Source of the DNA: a virus
Virus record (IMG/VR): IMGVR_UViG_3300034102_003113
DNA: 64,000 nucleotides
Reading direction: 5' to 3' (one strand)
The notes beneath the pieces are model-generated. The model had not been told where the DNA came from, made no database searches, and saw only the letters and a program-made list of their open reading frames with translations. The position numbers were made by a program, and so were the translations under genes. Shown here one piece after another: positions 30,871-39,689 of this stretch (positions within the stretch are counted from its first letter, which is position 1; each line of letters opens with the position of its first letter).

Positions 30871-32466
30871 GTGGGAGTTTATTCAGGGCCTGATATAAAC
30901 GAAAATGGGTTAATTTTGGCATTTGATGGTGCCAACTATAAAAGTTTTAAAGGTGAAGGAACCATTAATTTAATTCCATCTCCAACAATTAATGCATATC
31001 CAACAACTGGAAATGGTTGGGGAAGTTATAATACAAATCAATATGGTTCAGGAACTTATTTTTCTATTGGAACTGTAAGTAATGTAACAAATAATATCAT
31101 TACGATGACATCTGCTCATTCGTTAAGAACCTATGATGTAATGCAACCACAAACAACTGGTGGTGGAGTAAATGCGGGAGTTAATTATTTTATAAAGAAA
31201 GTATCAAGTACTTCATTTACTCTTCATGCATATAATAGCTCTCAAGATGGTTCTCAAGGATACATAAGTTCATCCACAGGAACTCATAAAGTTTATGATA
31301 GTATTGCAAATGACGTAAGAGTACCAGTAAATTCCTCAAGTTTTCCTACGATGTGGTGGGGGTATCCTCACTTACCAAACTCTGGTCTTGTGAAAGAATT
31401 AAGATACGGTGAGTTTAATGCAATACCAAATCTTCCAGCAAATGATTGTATTCGTCTTCATTACATAAGAACCGACGGAGTTATGGATGGGATGTCATAT
31501 GGAGTAGATTGTTCAATAACCCCAGGTTCTCCGGTCACGGTATCTTTTTACACCAGAGCAGCAAATGCAAACGCTGTTGGTAAACAGATTCAGTATCAAA
31601 TTTATAATTATACTGGAGGAAGTGCTACTTGGTCTGCTTGGAATTTTACCTTAGGTGCGCTTGGGATGTGGGAAAGGCAAACTTTTACATACACTCCCGC
31701 ATACGCAAATATGATTTCTTACTGGTTTGCTGCGAGTGTCGGCGTGTATGCCTGGGATTGGTCTTGTATGCAGGTAGAGCAAAAGTCTTATTCTACTAGC
31801 TTTGTTGCTGGTACAAGAGGTACTACTATAGCAACAGGTGGTGGTTGGGCAAATTTAACTGGAAGTGGAAATAATGCAGAACTTATAAATGGAGTGAGAG
31901 AGAGCAATGATAAGTTGGGATCTTTAAGTTTTGATGGAATGGATGATTATGTGAATTGTGGGGCATTATCTGGGTCATTTTCCTCATTTACAATAATTAC
32001 TTGGTTCTATCCAACAGTGGTTGCCAACTACAATAATGTATTAGATTGCAATTCAGGTTATTATTCGTCTGGAAACGTAGGACCAAGATTGGAGATGAAT
32101 AGTTCAGGCACTCTTGGCTGGGTATATTCAAACAACACTGGAAACAATAGTGAATTTTATTCCCACAATGTGATAAATAGTGGATTAGCAGCAAATACTT
32201 GGCATTGCGCTGCGATAACATATAACGGAGGAGCAAATACTTCAACAACTTACTATAACGGAAATGCAACTGGAGTGACTAGAAGTACATCTGGAAGTCC
32301 AATTGGATTTGCCGGTACGTTTAATAATTTAAACATCGGAAGAGGGTTTTTTAATGGTAGGTATTTTCAGGGAAGAATATCTCAAACACAGATATATAAC
32401 AGAACATTGACAGCATCAGAAATCCAACAAAACTTCAACTCCCTCAGGGGGAGATTCGGTTTATAG
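30871..32466 (+). CDS. LamG/ConA-like protein with inserted domain (GTG start)
   Basis: GTG at 30871 follows a GAGGAG RBS and the upstream stop, and aligns with the N-termini of its paralogs. WHCAAITY and QQNFNSLRGRFG motifs. Confidence 0.85.
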   Translation: MGVYSGPDINENGLILAFDGANYKSFKGEGTINLIPSPTINAYPTTGNGWGSYNTNQYGSGTYFSIGTVSNVTNNIITMTSAHSLRTYDVMQPQTTGGGVNAGVNYFIKKVSSTSFTLHAYNSSQDGSQGYISSSTGTHKVYDSIANDVRVPVNSSSFPTMWWGYPHLPNSGLVKELRYGEFNAIPNLPANDCIRLHYIRTDGVMDGMSYGVDCSITPGSPVTVSFYTRAANANAVGKQIQYQIYNYTGGSATWSAWNFTLGALGMWERQTFTYTPAYANMISYWFAASVGVYAWDWSCMQVEQKSYSTSFVAGTRGTTIATGGGWANLTGSGNNAELINGVRESNDKLGSLSFDGMDDYVNCGALSGSFSSFTIITWFYPTVVANYNNVLDCNSGYYSSGNVGPRLEMNSSGTLGWVYSNNTGNNSEFYSHNVINSGLAANTWHCAAITYNGGANTSTTYYNGNATGVTRSTSGSPIGFAGTFNNLNIGRGFFNGRYFQGRISQTQIYNRTLTASEIQQNFNSLRGRFGL

Positions 32467-32489
32467 GTATATAAGATAGTGCTGGAAGA

Positions 32490-33170
32490 ATGGCGAATTC
32501 TGACAAGGATATTCTTATAACCGCGAATAGAGGATCCGCAACTGACGATCCCAAGATCGAGTTTAGGGGTGCCAGTTCTTCTTTAGGGCCGCAAACAATT
32601 ACTGTTAAAGCATATCCATTATCCAATGGTACCGTAAGTTTTGAAGGATCTGCTGGGCAACTTTTTTCTGTAACAAATAACCTCACCAGCGGGTCGATTT
32701 ACTCAGTTAATGATGTCTCTGGTATTCCAAGTATTGATGTAAATGCAGATGGAACTATTTCTCTTGCTCCATACACTGGAACAGTGGTTTTAAAACAAGT
32801 TACTGAAACAGTAGCAAATACTTTTACCACCACACTTGCTCCTTCTTCTGGTACGTTTACAGTTGATACATTGCTGGGAACTGTTATTCTTGGAGATCTC
32901 AATGCTTCTGTGACTACATGGGCATTCACTAATGTCCCAACAGCAAACAGCAGAGCAATAACAATAACTCTAATTATTGATGGTGATACAGCGCAAACCT
33001 ATGGTGATGCTTGTAGTGTAAATGGTAATGCTGTTTCTGGTGGAGTTAAGTGGTCTGGTGGTTCTGCTCCAACTGCAACAAACAACTTTGATATAATTAC
33101 ATTTACCATCGTAAGAGATAGTGCTGGAACTACTCACGTGTTTGGTTCAGGTAATACAAACTTTAGCTGA
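32490..33170 (+). CDS. Short fibre/adaptor protein
   Basis: SFEGSAGQLFSVT...VND.SGIPSI.V motif and a C-terminal VKWSGG.APT...DI..F domain. Confidence 0.7.
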   Translation: MANSDKDILITANRGSATDDPKIEFRGASSSLGPQTITVKAYPLSNGTVSFEGSAGQLFSVTNNLTSGSIYSVNDVSGIPSIDVNADGTISLAPYTGTVVLKQVTETVANTFTTTLAPSSGTFTVDTLLGTVILGDLNASVTTWAFTNVPTANSRAITITLIIDGDTAQTYGDACSVNGNAVSGGVKWSGGSAPTATNNFDIITFTIVRDSAGTTHVFGSGNTNFS

Positions 33171-33178
33171 GGTGCACT

Positions 33179-34105
33179 ATGAGCCCGATAGCATTTGGAT
33201 TAGGAAGTAGCAGAGCATTTGGCATAGGAAAAGCAACAATACTCCCAGCAGTTCCGTTGAATTGGGAAATGTTATTAGTTGGTGGTGGCGGAGGTTCTTA
33301 TGCTCCATGGTATGGTACAGCATTTGATGATAATTTGATTTGGCCAACTTATTCTGGAGGCGGCGGCGGTGGTGGCGTAAGAACCACTAGCGGAACTACA
33401 GCAAACGGAAGTTCTTTATATCTTACTATTGGTGCTGGTGGTGCTGGTGCCGACAACTCTACTGGTAAAGGAAGTTCTACATATTATGCTTTATCTTCTG
33501 GGGGTGCTGCTGTTTTTACATCATTAGGTGGCGGTTCTGGTGGAAGTTCTGGCACAGATAAAAATGGTAGTTCTGGTGGTGGTGGTACTTCTTCTAGGTC
33601 ATCTGGGTTTCCAACAGCAAGACTTACTGCGGGAACAGGAACTGCTGGTCAAGGTAATAATGGAGGTGGCGCAAATATCTTGGATTATGGTGGTGGCGGC
33701 GGTGGTGGATATGGAGGTGCTGGCACTACTAGTAGTGTGGGACCTTTTGGTGGTACTGGAGGCAATGGTGGTGCCGCATATAATTTAACATCATTTTCTA
33801 CTACTTCTGATAGTTATGTTGGATGGGGAGGCGGTGGAGCAGGTGAAGGTACTACTGGAGTTAATGGAGATCCAACAAATAATCCATTCACAACAAATGC
33901 CCCAGCAAATAGTGGCGGTGGTGCTCACGGAGTAACTGCTAATTTTTCAGCTTCTTCATCTAGTGGTGGTTCTGGGGTAGTTGTAATTCGATATCCTGGC
34001 ACTGTTGCTAAAGCAACTGGAGGAATCATTACATATGTTACAGTGGGTGGAACTGCTTACGTTATACATACTTTTACAGGTTCTAATACATTTACTGTTT
34101 TATAA
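33179..34105 (+). CDS. Glycine-rich domain virion protein
   Basis: LLVGGGGG, many GGG runs, and a terminal GGSGVVVIRY...HTFT motif. Confidence 0.8.
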   Translation: MSPIAFGLGSSRAFGIGKATILPAVPLNWEMLLVGGGGGSYAPWYGTAFDDNLIWPTYSGGGGGGGVRTTSGTTANGSSLYLTIGAGGAGADNSTGKGSSTYYALSSGGAAVFTSLGGGSGGSSGTDKNGSSGGGGTSSRSSGFPTARLTAGTGTAGQGNNGGGANILDYGGGGGGGYGGAGTTSSVGPFGGTGGNGGAAYNLTSFSTTSDSYVGWGGGGAGEGTTGVNGDPTNNPFTTNAPANSGGGAHGVTANFSASSSSGGSGVVVIRYPGTVAKATGGIITYVTVGGTAYVIHTFTGSNTFTVL

Positions 34106-34107
34106 GC

Positions 34108-34362
34108 ATGGCGCACTTTGCTAAATTAGACGAGAACAACAAAGTAGTCGAAGTTATTGTGGTATCTAACGATGATATCGTTGATGAAAATGGAGAAGAA
34201 AACGAAGAGATTGGTATTCAATTTTGTAGAAAGATTCAAGGAGAAAATACTAACTGGAAGCAAACCTCGTATAATGGAAACACTAGAGGAAGGTATGCTG
34301 GCATTGGAATGTATTACGATGAAATAATTGATGAGTTTGTTATTCTTGCCGGAGATGAATGA
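34108..34362 (+). CDS. Small partner protein of the Gly-rich fibre gene
   Basis: MAHFAKLDENN.V..VIVV...WKQTSYN...YAGIG..YD...D.F pattern. Confidence 0.75.
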   Translation: MAHFAKLDENNKVVEVIVVSNDDIVDENGEENEEIGIQFCRKIQGENTNWKQTSYNGNTRGRYAGIGMYYDEIIDEFVILAGDE

Positions 34363-34976
34363 ATATAAAATTACTCGATGATCCATTCCCTCATGTATTA
34401 ATTGAAAACTTTTATAGTGAAAAAGAGTTAGCATTAATACTAGAAGAAATTAAATTTTTATCCCATCCAAACAAATTATACAAACCAGGAGTTCATCACG
34501 CTAGTAATTCAGAACTTACTGAAAGCAGAGCACTACACCTGGAAAAAGCATATGCTATGCCAGAGTTATCTAATATTCTTCAAGTTACAAAGAAGACATT
34601 AGATACCCCATTCATATCAACAATCGTAAATAAATGGCCTCATTTATTACGTCTCAGATATGTTAATATGATTATCACAAAGTTAAGATACTACCACGAT
34701 GGAGAGGGATACCAACCTCATACAGATATTGGACATGAGTTTTTAACCTTCTCATATTTCCACACCACACCAAAAAAGTTTAGTGGTGGGGAATTGTATT
34801 TTCCGCAATACAATTACGAAATTGAGTGTTCACATAATACTCTCATTTTATTATCTGGATATGTAGAGCACGGTGTAAAAAAAGTATCTATAAATGATGA
34901 TGCTTATTGGAATGGTGATGGGAGATACTGTATATCTCAGTTTATGAGTGTAAAGAATAGTGATAATTATGTCTGA
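34359..34976 (+). CDS. 2OG-Fe(II) oxygenase (prolyl-4-hydroxylase-like)
   Basis: HTD...FSGGEL.F...HGV...R facial triad and 2OG-binding Arg. Confidence 0.85.
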   Translation: MNIKLLDDPFPHVLIENFYSEKELALILEEIKFLSHPNKLYKPGVHHASNSELTESRALHLEKAYAMPELSNILQVTKKTLDTPFISTIVNKWPHLLRLRYVNMIITKLRYYHDGEGYQPHTDIGHEFLTFSYFHTTPKKFSGGELYFPQYNYEIECSHNTLILLSGYVEHGVKKVSINDDAYWNGDGRYCISQFMSVKNSDNYV

Positions 34977-35700
34977 ACAAATACATCAAATCTATCACGT
35001 AGCAAGGTGCGGTTCTACACTAATGACCTCATTGCTATCTACAGTATGTAAAGCATATGCTGAACCATCCTGGGCAAAGTCTTTATTGATTGGAACCGAT
35101 CCATATAAAAACATAGAAAATTTCTATGGGTCTGTTGTTAAGTTTCCAAGCATGACTACTTGCTTTGAAACAAGCTTTCCTGGAAATAAAGTATTTCTAT
35201 ACAGACCTTTAGCACAACATCTGTGTAAAATTAAATCTGTTGATCCTATATGGATTAAACAAAGATTACCTAAGACAGATTATATTTTTAAAAATCATAA
35301 TCATCCAGCAATCACTTGGAACTCAGAAGATGACTTGGACAAAATAACATACGTGTGGTTGTGTAGCGTATTTCGTATGTTAGATAGTTCAAATGTTTTG
35401 TGGATAACTACAAATGATTTTCTACAAGATAAAAAAGAAACTTTGAGGAAGATATGTAACCACTTTAATTTACCAGAAGTAACTGACTTTTCTTTCTGTG
35501 ATATTGATGTAAAAAAGACAAGATTAAATGGAAGAGATGATACAGTTATCGATACATTTAATCAAACAAAACATATAGAATACACATTCCCCTCATATGG
35601 TTTGATAGAAACTAGCATGGCTTTATATGATCCAGATATAGAGAGAAGGGTGGAGATAATTGAAAAAATATTTCCTAAACTTAATAGGCTTTTGTATTAA
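34969..35700 (+). CDS. Sulfotransferase-like P-loop protein
   Basis: HVARCGSTL (5'-PSB-like), VFLYRP (3'-PB-like) and L.KIC.HF.L. ATG 34969 is preferred over GTG 34960. Confidence 0.6.
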   Translation: MSEQIHQIYHVARCGSTLMTSLLSTVCKAYAEPSWAKSLLIGTDPYKNIENFYGSVVKFPSMTTCFETSFPGNKVFLYRPLAQHLCKIKSVDPIWIKQRLPKTDYIFKNHNHPAITWNSEDDLDKITYVWLCSVFRMLDSSNVLWITTNDFLQDKKETLRKICNHFNLPEVTDFSFCDIDVKKTRLNGRDDTVIDTFNQTKHIEYTFPSYGLIETSMALYDPDIERRVEIIEKIFPKLNRLLY

Positions 35701-35750
35701 ATTGTTAAATATTCCACGTTATATGGGAGATAACCGCTCCGTGACTTTGA

Positions 35751-35758
35751 GTTTAAAG
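35751..35758 (+). promoter_or_regulatory. GTTTAAAG putative late promoter
   Basis: Exact intergenic motif 37 nt upstream of ATG 35796, with TAGA 6 nt downstream. Confidence 0.65.
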
Positions 35759-35795
35759 TGATACTAGAAATACAGCAGTAATCAGAGTTTGCTCC

Positions 35796-38120
35796 ATGGC
35801 CCTTACTCGTATCGATTCATACCTCGTCGACCTAGATTCACTCGGAGGGATTACCTTCGATGACCAGGCGGGGACCCCGACGTTTAAAGTCGATGCGGTT
35901 AACCATAGGGTGGGGATTGGGATTGCGAGTCCAATAACAAAATTAGATGTTAGGAATGGAGTAATCACTACTGGTTCTAATCAATCCACAGATGGGTCCG
36001 AACTTTTAAGAGGATATTATTCCGAGGGGGCACTAACAGTTATTGGATCTGAATATAGTAGTGGTGGCCCAGTTATTGGATACGCCGTAAAGCCATCTAC
36101 TTCTGCAAATGGGGCGTTCTTAAGTTCTACTTCTATTACGGTTGGTAGAGGTGCATATTCAATAGATGGCAATGCTCATCGTTGGTATGGGGGAAGTGTT
36201 CAGACTGTTGCTGAAAATAGTTCAGTGACCACAAACGAAGTGATGAGAATCTCTTCGAGCGGTAATGTTGGTATTGGTACTAACAATCCTACTCATAGGT
36301 TAGTAGTTTACGGAACGGCACAGGCCAATGAAATAAGATCGTCTGATGGCACAGTAACTTCCCAGTGGTATCAAGATAGTAGCGGATTTGGTGTATTCGG
36401 AACAACTAGCAACCATCATCAGATATTCAGGACTAATGGTTCTGAGAAAATGAGAATCAGTAGTGGTGGTTATGTTGGAATTGGAACGTCAGGACCACTC
36501 GATGCTTTACACGTACATGCGGCTGGATTCGATATTGTCGGTGGCAATGCCATCAATGGCCAGACTATGGCCGGGATTAAAGTAACAAATTCACAAAACA
36601 CCGATTCTTCTGTCGGGATATGGTTTGGTACTACAACAAGTCATTGGAGCGGGATAAGTGGCCAAAGGTCTAATTATCTCAGTAACTGGGGAACAGATTT
36701 AAGATTCTACACCCATGAAGATGCTACGAATGATCTGACTTATACAAGAGAGCGCGTTCGTATAACTTCAAGTGGTAATGTTGGCATAGGAATCACAAAC
36801 CCGGCAACTAAGTTAGAAACGTCTTTAATAGTTCAGGGGCAGGGAGCAGAAAGATACACTCCAGTAGATGTTTTATCTATCAGTGCAGATAACCCAGGGG
36901 CTACTGTATATGGTGGATTTGGTCAAGGACTTGTGTTTAGAGGAAGGTCTTATAACGCCTCGACATACAGACCCCTTGGAAGAATTCTTCATAGGATATG
37001 GGATGATTCTATTAACACAACTTTAGGAAGTAGTTTAGAATTTCAAACATCAAATAATGGTTCCGTTGCCGCTGAACCAACTACAAAAATGATTATTGGT
37101 TACAATGGAAATGTCGGTATAGGCACCACAAACCCTGGGGTGCCTCTAGATGTCAAAGGTATCGATAGTTTGATAAGGGCCTCGGAGGCGGGGAGTGGCA
37201 CAGCATGGAGGTCCCGAATCATCTCCCAAAACCCCGACGGCGCAGTTCAACGAGCATCATTCTTAGGAATCTATGGCACTAGTGCCGGAGTTTTTGCCCA
37301 TAACTCCACATTAAATGGCTGGGCGCCATTGTTTGTAAACACTACCAACGGATCGAGTGATGGCGATAATGTTATATTAGCCGGTTCTGGTAATGTCGGC
37401 ATTGGCACCGTAAACCCACAAGTCCCCCTGACTATTCGCTCTGTTCACGCCACCGCATCAGCTACGACTTACACAGGCGCCCTTCTCATCCACGACGAAC
37501 CTAACGGAGTCCAGCCACACCTAGGCGCTGGAGTATCCTATAATGGCGGGTTTCAGCACTCCTGGATTCAAAGCAACAGTGCTTCCGGCGTGTATCCTTT
37601 AGCATTAAATCCGGCCGGAGGCAATGTAGGTATAGGAACCACAAATCCAACATCAAAGTTACATGTGCAGGGAAATGCAGTAATAACTGAAAAACTCACA
37701 TATGGTTCAATGAATAGAGTATCTCTCTCTATTCAAACTATTCCTACATCGCCTAGCAATGTGCAGTATCTACATATCAGTAGGTTGTCAAATAACAGAG
37801 TTGCTGGAAAAGTCCAAATATGGATATACGGAGAATGGGGAGGACAACAAACTGGTAACGGATTTAACTACTATGAAGCAATGTGGATGAGTTTTAATTA
37901 TATAGGTCCAGGAGCTTATTCAAAAGAACTTCAAGCTAATATTGACGTTGGGGGTAATACAGGTACAGGAGTTACAGGAGTTACTGTCTCCACAACAGAA
38001 GATGAAATTATTTATGCAATAGCATGTAATTGGTACGGCGAGATTGCATGCATTATTGAATGGCATGGAAATGATAATCTTCAGTATGTTTTAAATTCGA
38101 CCTCTACTAATGTATTTTAA
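35796..38120 (+). CDS. Tail fibre protein with 7 GxVGIGxxxP repeats
   Basis: Repeats at about 35907, 36261, 36468, 36774, 37107, 37389 and 37620, followed by a unique C-terminal tip. Confidence 0.85.
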   Translation: MALTRIDSYLVDLDSLGGITFDDQAGTPTFKVDAVNHRVGIGIASPITKLDVRNGVITTGSNQSTDGSELLRGYYSEGALTVIGSEYSSGGPVIGYAVKPSTSANGAFLSSTSITVGRGAYSIDGNAHRWYGGSVQTVAENSSVTTNEVMRISSSGNVGIGTNNPTHRLVVYGTAQANEIRSSDGTVTSQWYQDSSGFGVFGTTSNHHQIFRTNGSEKMRISSGGYVGIGTSGPLDALHVHAAGFDIVGGNAINGQTMAGIKVTNSQNTDSSVGIWFGTTTSHWSGISGQRSNYLSNWGTDLRFYTHEDATNDLTYTRERVRITSSGNVGIGITNPATKLETSLIVQGQGAERYTPVDVLSISADNPGATVYGGFGQGLVFRGRSYNASTYRPLGRILHRIWDDSINTTLGSSLEFQTSNNGSVAAEPTTKMIIGYNGNVGIGTTNPGVPLDVKGIDSLIRASEAGSGTAWRSRIISQNPDGAVQRASFLGIYGTSAGVFAHNSTLNGWAPLFVNTTNGSSDGDNVILAGSGNVGIGTVNPQVPLTIRSVHATASATTYTGALLIHDEPNGVQPHLGAGVSYNGGFQHSWIQSNSASGVYPLALNPAGGNVGIGTTNPTSKLHVQGNAVITEKLTYGSMNRVSLSIQTIPTSPSNVQYLHISRLSNNRVAGKVQIWIYGEWGGQQTGNGFNYYEAMWMSFNYIGPGAYSKELQANIDVGGNTGTGVTGVTVSTTEDEIIYAIACNWYGEIACIIEWHGNDNLQYVLNSTSTNVF

Positions 38121-38123
38121 GTA

Positions 38124-38153
38124 TTGACAAAACCACCATTTATGGTTTAAAAT
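38124..38153 (+). promoter_or_regulatory. Sigma70-like promoter overlapping a GTTTAAAA motif
   Basis: TTGACA (38124-38129), 18-nt spacer, TAAAAT (38148-38153). GTTTAAAA at 38145-38152 lies 32 nt before ATG 38185. Confidence 0.5.
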
Positions 38154-38184
38154 AGATACGTATACATCACATAAACGTTTACGT

Positions 38185-38433
38185 ATGGAACCCACTGCAC
38201 TTAAGGAAAACTTCACTGCCCAACTGGAAAAGCTGGAGAAAGAAATCGGTCAACTCCGCACCGCCCTGGCCCAACGTCAAGAACTGGCCATCAAACTCCA
38301 AGGAGCCATCGAGGCAATGCAACTCCAACTCGGGGAAGAGCCCGGTCAAGGTGGCGCTGGTGGCGAAGGTGAAGTTGTCACCGAGGCCGTAGCCGAAGTG
38401 GTGCCAGGCGAAGTAACCACCGGCGCTGCTTGA
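38185..38433 (+). CDS. Small coiled-coil protein
   Basis: Heptad pattern ending in KLQGAIEAM, then an acidic Gly-rich tail. Confidence 0.75.
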   Translation: MEPTALKENFTAQLEKLEKEIGQLRTALAQRQELAIKLQGAIEAMQLQLGEEPGQGGAGGEGEVVTEAVAEVVPGEVTTGAA

Positions 38434-38434
38434 T

Positions 38435-38524
38435 AAAGGCGGGCTATACTCCTTCGGAGTACGCCCGAATCCAACTCATAAAGAAATAGCGGGGGAGGAA
38501 CAACGTTCCTCTGCCCGCCTTTTT
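38435..38524. terminator. Double-hairpin terminator region between convergent genes
   Basis: Hairpins at 38440-38467 and 38489-38518; the second is followed by TTTTT on the + strand. Confidence 0.7.
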
Positions 38525-38783
38525 ATTGTTTATAAATCAACTCAGGAGCGGAGTTTTTAGGGTTCCGTGTCCCCCCAGCCAGATCAATCCGACTAATTAT
38601 CATCCCCAAGTCATAATACTCATCAAAAATATCCACTCTCCGCCCCTTCACAATATCCACCATCACCCTATCCCCTTCCTCTTCTGAGTAGGAGATCACA
38701 TAACAATCATTAGTGAGATATTTAGTATCTACCTGAGGAAAATCTACGTCTTCCCCTATCACCTTTATTTTACTTTTTGACAT
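38523..38783 (-). CDS. Small hypothetical protein of a cyanophage-like family
   Basis: Y.ISY...DIV...VDIFD.YYD...G.RNPK pattern, recalled from cyanomyophage hypotheticals (not verified). Confidence 0.65.
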   Translation of the reverse strand: MSKSKIKVIGEDVDFPQVDTKYLTNDCYVISYSEEEGDRVMVDIVKGRRVDIFDEYYDLGMIISRIDLAGGTRNPKNSAPELIYKQ

Positions 38784-39112
38784 CTTTCAGCGACCTCCAT
38801 GACTCTATCGATGAACCTTTCGATAAGTTTTTGATCGGCAGGGACAATATCATCGGGTCCGTAGTCAGTGAAGATGCTCAGATCGAAGAGAGCAGGAAGG
38901 TCGAATTTAGCACTTGATGGGTCAGGCCATCCACTAGAGACATAATGGAGAAACTCTTCCCTCATGGCCCTAGGAATAAACCTCCCACCTATGAGTTGCC
39001 AAATCCCTCCATCATATGAAAAAATGTCTCCATTAGCCAAGACAACCACATCACCGGGTTCTTTTGACTCAGGGAATTGGGCATTACCGCCCCGCAACCT
39101 GGTAATAATCAT
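38765..39112 (-). CDS. Hypothetical protein
   Basis: 115 aa, TGATG-coupled. FP..KEPGD...NG..FSYDGGIW motif. Confidence 0.65.
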   Translation of the reverse strand: MIITRLRGGNAQFPESKEPGDVVVLANGDIFSYDGGIWQLIGGRFIPRAMREEFLHYVSSGWPDPSSAKFDLPALFDLSIFTDYGPDDIVPADQKLIERFIDRVMEVAERCQKVK

Positions 39113-39294
39113 CAGTACTCGTCAGATAGAGAAGGACCTTCTGATTCTACCATAGCCTCACCTTCACCCTCACCAAAGATCTGATTCAATGCCTGCTCGA
39201 GCTGGGCGATCATGGTCTGGACAAGGTACTTATTACCTGAGGACTTGGCATCAGCATACGAGTCGATTAGGATCGCTAGTTCTTTCTTTCCCAT
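39112..39294 (-). CDS. Small hypothetical protein
   Basis: 60 aa, first gene of a three-gene minus-strand unit. Confidence 0.6.
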   Translation of the reverse strand: MGKKELAILIDSYADAKSSGNKYLVQTMIAQLEQALNQIFGEGEGEAMVESEGPSLSDEY

Positions 39295-39315
39295 GGCTCT
39301 AATTTGCTATGTCTT

Positions 39316-39323
39316 GTTTAAAG
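39316..39323 (+). promoter_or_regulatory. GTTTAAAG putative late promoter
   Basis: Exact intergenic motif 42 nt upstream of ATG 39366, with TAGA 5 nt downstream. Confidence 0.6.
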
Positions 39324-39365
39324 TTACTTAGACCTATAAACTAATATTCCGAGGTTTATTACCTG

Positions 39366-39674
39366 ATGGCTCTCAATATTAAAGATTTTGAGATCTCGAA
39401 AACGTTTAATAACGTTGTTCTCACTACGGTAACTGGATCACCAGACACCGACGGAGTACCCACCATCTCCATCCCATCCCTACTCGAGGGATATACCCAA
39501 CTCCGTGCTCAGGGTCGCCTTCAAGATGGATTTGGCACGGCAATTCCTCTTGTCCTCTCCCGTAATCTCATTGAGGTAGAGGCCGATCCACTCTCCGCAA
39601 ACTCTGTAATGCGCCGTCGTGACATCCACGCTATCCGCGCTCAGCAATACATCCACAACCTAATCTGGAGCTAA
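39366..39674 (+). CDS. Small structural/adaptor protein
   Basis: The N-terminus and LQDGFG..IPL.L motif resemble the 1..498 product. Confidence 0.7.
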   Translation: MALNIKDFEISKTFNNVVLTTVTGSPDTDGVPTISIPSLLEGYTQLRAQGRLQDGFGTAIPLVLSRNLIEVEADPLSANSVMRRRDIHAIRAQQYIHNLIWS

Positions 39675-39689
39675 CTTCTCTTACCTCTC

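Noticed and set aside
33280-33980. GGT/GGC microsatellite-like repeats
   Set aside because: They are fully explained by poly-Gly coding.
13902-38120. Diversity-generating retroelement or invertase shufflon acting on the fibres
   Set aside because: No reverse transcriptase or recombinase is present, I saw no adenine-specific TR/VR pair, and all repeats are direct with no inverted silent cassettes.
38435-38522. tRNA gene
   Set aside because: A cloverleaf can be drawn, but there is no T-loop or D-loop consensus, no 7-nt anticodon loop and no CCA.
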